From: Lama guanicoe
Taxonomy: Eukaryota
Assembly (NCBI GenBank): GCA_013239625.1
Contig: MU053994.1
Location: 1,989,589-2,053,588, forward strand
Direction: 5' to 3'
Length of the DNA stretch: 64,000 nt
Position 1 is the stretch's first letter. Every line of letters starts with the position of its first letter. Made by a program: the position numbers and the translations under genes. This document shows positions 60,780-64,000 of this stretch, piece after piece. Below the pieces are notes generated by a model, which worked only from the letters and a program-made list of their open reading frames with translations, had not been told where the DNA came from and searched no databases.

Positions 60780-61460
60780 TGTTTTTCCAGGGCATAAACG
60801 TATTTTATGGAGAAATAAAATGCACAATAATAAAAAGGGGGAGGGGAGTGTTTCCACAGGCTCACATTTTATCCAAAGGGGCCGTGATTTGGCATCCCTG
60901 GCTCGAATATGAAATTATTACACAAGAATTGACTCTCGGTGTCTCCGATGCTCCCTGGGATGATTGCTTCTATAACTTATGGAGACAGCTGAGCGTTTGC
61001 ATTCAAGTGATCACATAAATTAATATCCATATGTGGAAATGGTGTGCTGGGAGCCAGCCTGGTTTAAGAATGCATTCCTTGTAATGCCCCTTGCACCTGA
61101 AGAAAAATGCCCATCCCCGGCTCCGAGTGCAGGTCTGGGACGTTCTAGTCATGGTTCATAAGGGTTTGAAGTAAAATATGGCAGGCAAAATGCTCCCCCT
61201 TTACAGCGTTAAAGAGCTGTGTGCTGTGTTCAGCCGTGATGTCATCAGCGGGAATGAAGGGAGCTGCTTTTTGGAGGAAAATTTTTTTTTAAATAAATCA
61301 ATCAAAAAGCATGTGCCTTAAAATGAAATGTTTTGCTCCTCAGGGATGGGTTTAGCCCAAAGTTCTAATTATACGTGTGGCAGTAAAGGCCTCCCAGGCT
61401 TCGTGCTTGCCAAAAGCTTTTATTTTGCTACGTGACAGGAGACAAAATTATCCCTTTCTC
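60780..61460. promoter_or_regulatory. Candidate conserved non-coding or enhancer element
   Basis: Repeat-free AT-rich island with TTTTATGG (60803), TAATAAAA (60828), TGATGTCA (61237) and ATAAATCAATCA (61293). Confidence 0.4.
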
Positions 61461-62334
61461 CTTCAGAGATTGCCAACACCGTGCCAAAGGGGCGACGGGG
61501 GCGGCGGCAGCAGCAGCAGGAATTGATGATGGGCTTTGTGTGGGCCAGGCAGGGGATGGGGAGCTAGAAAACCCAGACCCTGCCCTCAGATCGTGGATCA
61601 AGTGGCTGAAGCCACAAGCCACAACCGGGCAATGCTGAGTCTTGGGGACACAGCGCCCTGCATGAGTTGGGTTCTCAAAACATATCTGCTGAATGAAAAT
61701 ACAGAAGGAAAGGAGCAAAGACAAAAAACCAAAAAACAAAAAAAAAACCTATTCCCACTTTCAATCACTCATTCATTCATTCATTCACTCATTCATTCAG
61801 TAAATGTTTCATCAGCTCTCAAAGCCCTCTACATCCGAGGCGAGACGCCGGGGAGCCTGCCAGCCGAGCCCTCTCACGTGGCGCACGTTTAATTCCGTTC
61901 AATTCATTCCGGGGCTTTTCAACACTGGGTAGATTTATAACCTTTCCAGGTGATGGATGACAGGCGTGCGCTCTAGAAAAAAGGCTAGATATGGGCGGCC
62001 CCGGCAGATTCGGCCACTTCCTCCCATCCTTCCCACCACGGGCCCTCCTCTGTCCAGGTGGCGGCCCATCAGCTTCACGCAGGACTGGCTGAATTTAAAA
62101 ATAAAATGTTTGAAGGTTTCTGTTCTATATTAAGAGCTGAAAAAAAATGGGAGAGTACAACTCCTTCATTTCTACACCCACCCCCCCCCCCACACACACA
62201 CACACATCCCGATTCCACTGTATCCACCCCCACCCACCAATCTCACAAACTTTCCTTTTGCCTTTACAAGGACAGACTTCTGAGAAATCTTGAGAAAGAC
62301 CCTTCTAAGGTTCAGTGGCCTGGACTTTTCCTCA

Positions 62335-62545
62335 TCAGGAGCGATATGCTGGTAAATGTTTAACAACTGGCTCTCCAGGAAAAAAAAAAAAAACTGTTTG
62401 CAGAGTGTTTGCCGATTTCTGTAGTGTAAATACTTTCACCCTGCCTGATTTCAAGCTACCAACATGACATCACTGACTGCAGAGTTGGGAAGAGATGTGT
62501 AGAATCTGTCCTCTCCGGCTGGGGAGCACCAGCTCCTGCATGACC
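62335..62545. mobile_element. hAT DNA transposon, MER63-like
   Basis: tgctggtaaatgtttaacaactggctctcc...ctgatttcaagctaccaacatgacatcactg...gagttgggaagagatg. Confidence 0.7.
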
Positions 62546-63279
62546 TGCAGAAGCGAGGCTGCAACACACACACTGCGCTAAGTGAAGGGGAGTGTGGGAG
62601 CGTGTCCATCAGCCGTCAGGGGGCAAGTCGGTGGGAACACACGGGGTCACCTTGCTGCCCCTCCTAGAATCTGTTCCTGTGAGAAGCAGTGAGAACCTGG
62701 AAACATTCCAGCAAAACCTCAGCTCTTCCCCCTCATCCAGAGAAGATTCCTGGCTTCTCTCTCTTCTGGCTTTGGAAGGACTCAAACGGCAGACACCTGA
62801 GACAAAAGATGCCCCGTTCCAGAAGCTTAATTGTGATTTCTCTGAAAAGGTTGTGCCTTCCCATGTTCCAATATTTCATCATAAGAAAATGGGAATCCAA
62901 ATTCTTCCCCACTAAGATTGATCGGTGGAATGGGAGATGGAGAAATCACTGAGGGGAAGAAATTGATTTGCAATGTCCACAGCAGATTCAGTGTCCTTAC
63001 GTGCACCTGGATGAGTCCTCCCCTCTTGCCAGACTGGATTTTTTCAGAGGGGGATGCAGTTTGACTGCGAGCACTTTACATGCGAGCTGTAAAGGACAGG
63101 TTCTGGTACCAGACTCCAGCGCCCCATCACTGAGGACCTGGTGACCGCCCCTACCTAGTACCACTTCCTTCTGGATCTCCTTGTGTGGTTCCAAGCGGCT
63201 CAGTTCCACCCCTCCAGCTTTCGGCCTTTGCTCATGAACCATGCACACTGCAAGACTGTAGCATTGCTCAGCAAACGTT

Positions 63280-63630
63280 CACACCCCCTCCCCACTCCAA
63301 CTGCTCCACGCACCCCTTCCAGGACAGGCATGTACTTCCGGGCCCCACCGATGTCGGTTCGGCCACGTGACTCTCAGTTCAGCCACGTGACTCACTGTGG
63401 TCAATGGCATATAAGTAAATGTGATACAATCAGAGGTTTTAAATATGCTGGCTTGGTTTGGCCTGAAAGCCCGGAATGAAAGATGCATGGAACTGACCTA
63501 AATCCAACCCTTAGCCTGGAGCAGAGAAGCCACAACCATCCATGGGTGAAAAATAAGTGTTTGTGGTAAGCCACTGGGATTTGGGGGCCGTTTGTTATGC
63601 AGCTGGGTTGTAGTGATAGTTACAACATTC
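63280..63630 (+). mobile_element. Old MaLR LTR (MLT1 family)
   Basis: gccacgtgactcactgtggtcaatggcatataag...aataagtgtttgtggtaagccactgggatttggggg...tttgttatgcagc. Confidence 0.7.
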
Positions 63631-64000
63631 ACTGCAGGTTATGTTTAAATAGAGAGCCCTTCTCACCTTGTTTCTGCAGAAGACTTGGTGTCCCACCAAT
63701 ATGGTGTCACGGACCTCCCTGCAAATCAACTTCCAAGTATTCCAGTACTTAAAGGATGCAGGCGTACTTCTGGCCACCTGTGACTCCATACACCGATGCC
63801 TTCCTGAATTAGCAGTGGAGTTTGGCTTGCTCCTTCTCTCTGACAACACAAGGAATCATCTGCTAAGTACCTATCTGTATACCAGCCACTGTGTGTCAGG
63901 TCTCTGGAACCCAGAATCAAGAAGGCTACAGTTACATCGGGGAAGGTGAAGACATAAAAAGATAATGAATGACACAGATAATAAGCGCTGGGAACTCAAG

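Noticed and set aside
1..64000. Naming the host gene or locus
   Set aside because: No exon or sequence was recognised with enough certainty; a genome search is required

Overview
Mammalian non-coding genomic DNA, moderately GC-rich, either intergenic or within a large intron. I found no protein-coding gene, functional tRNA/rRNA, CRISPR array or prokaryotic feature; the ORF track is consistent with chance ORFs in GC-rich and repeat-derived sequence. A large fraction is old eutherian interspersed repeats (L2, MIR, MLT1/MaLR and LTR16/LTR33-like ERVL solo LTRs, L1M fragments, hAT MER elements, an L3/CR1 fragment). There are also two younger cetartiodactyl-type L1 3' ends and three tRNA-Ala-derived SINEs resembling camelid Vic-1, so the source is probably a camelid (inference). 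Repeat families were recognised by eye, so subfamily names and boundaries are approximate. The notable features are an 18-bp minisatellite carrying a YY1-like motif in each unit (35.85-36.03 kb), two degenerate 15-16-bp tandem arrays, several nested insertions with readable target-site duplications (TSDs), and several repeat-free, motif-dense islands that look like enhancers or a promoter (about 10, 15.3, 30.5, 32.2, 46.7, 47.6, 49.4 and 61 kb). An assembly gap lies at 41086-41184. The sequence alone does not support a claim of a novel biological system; the regulatory ideas below are testable hypotheses.
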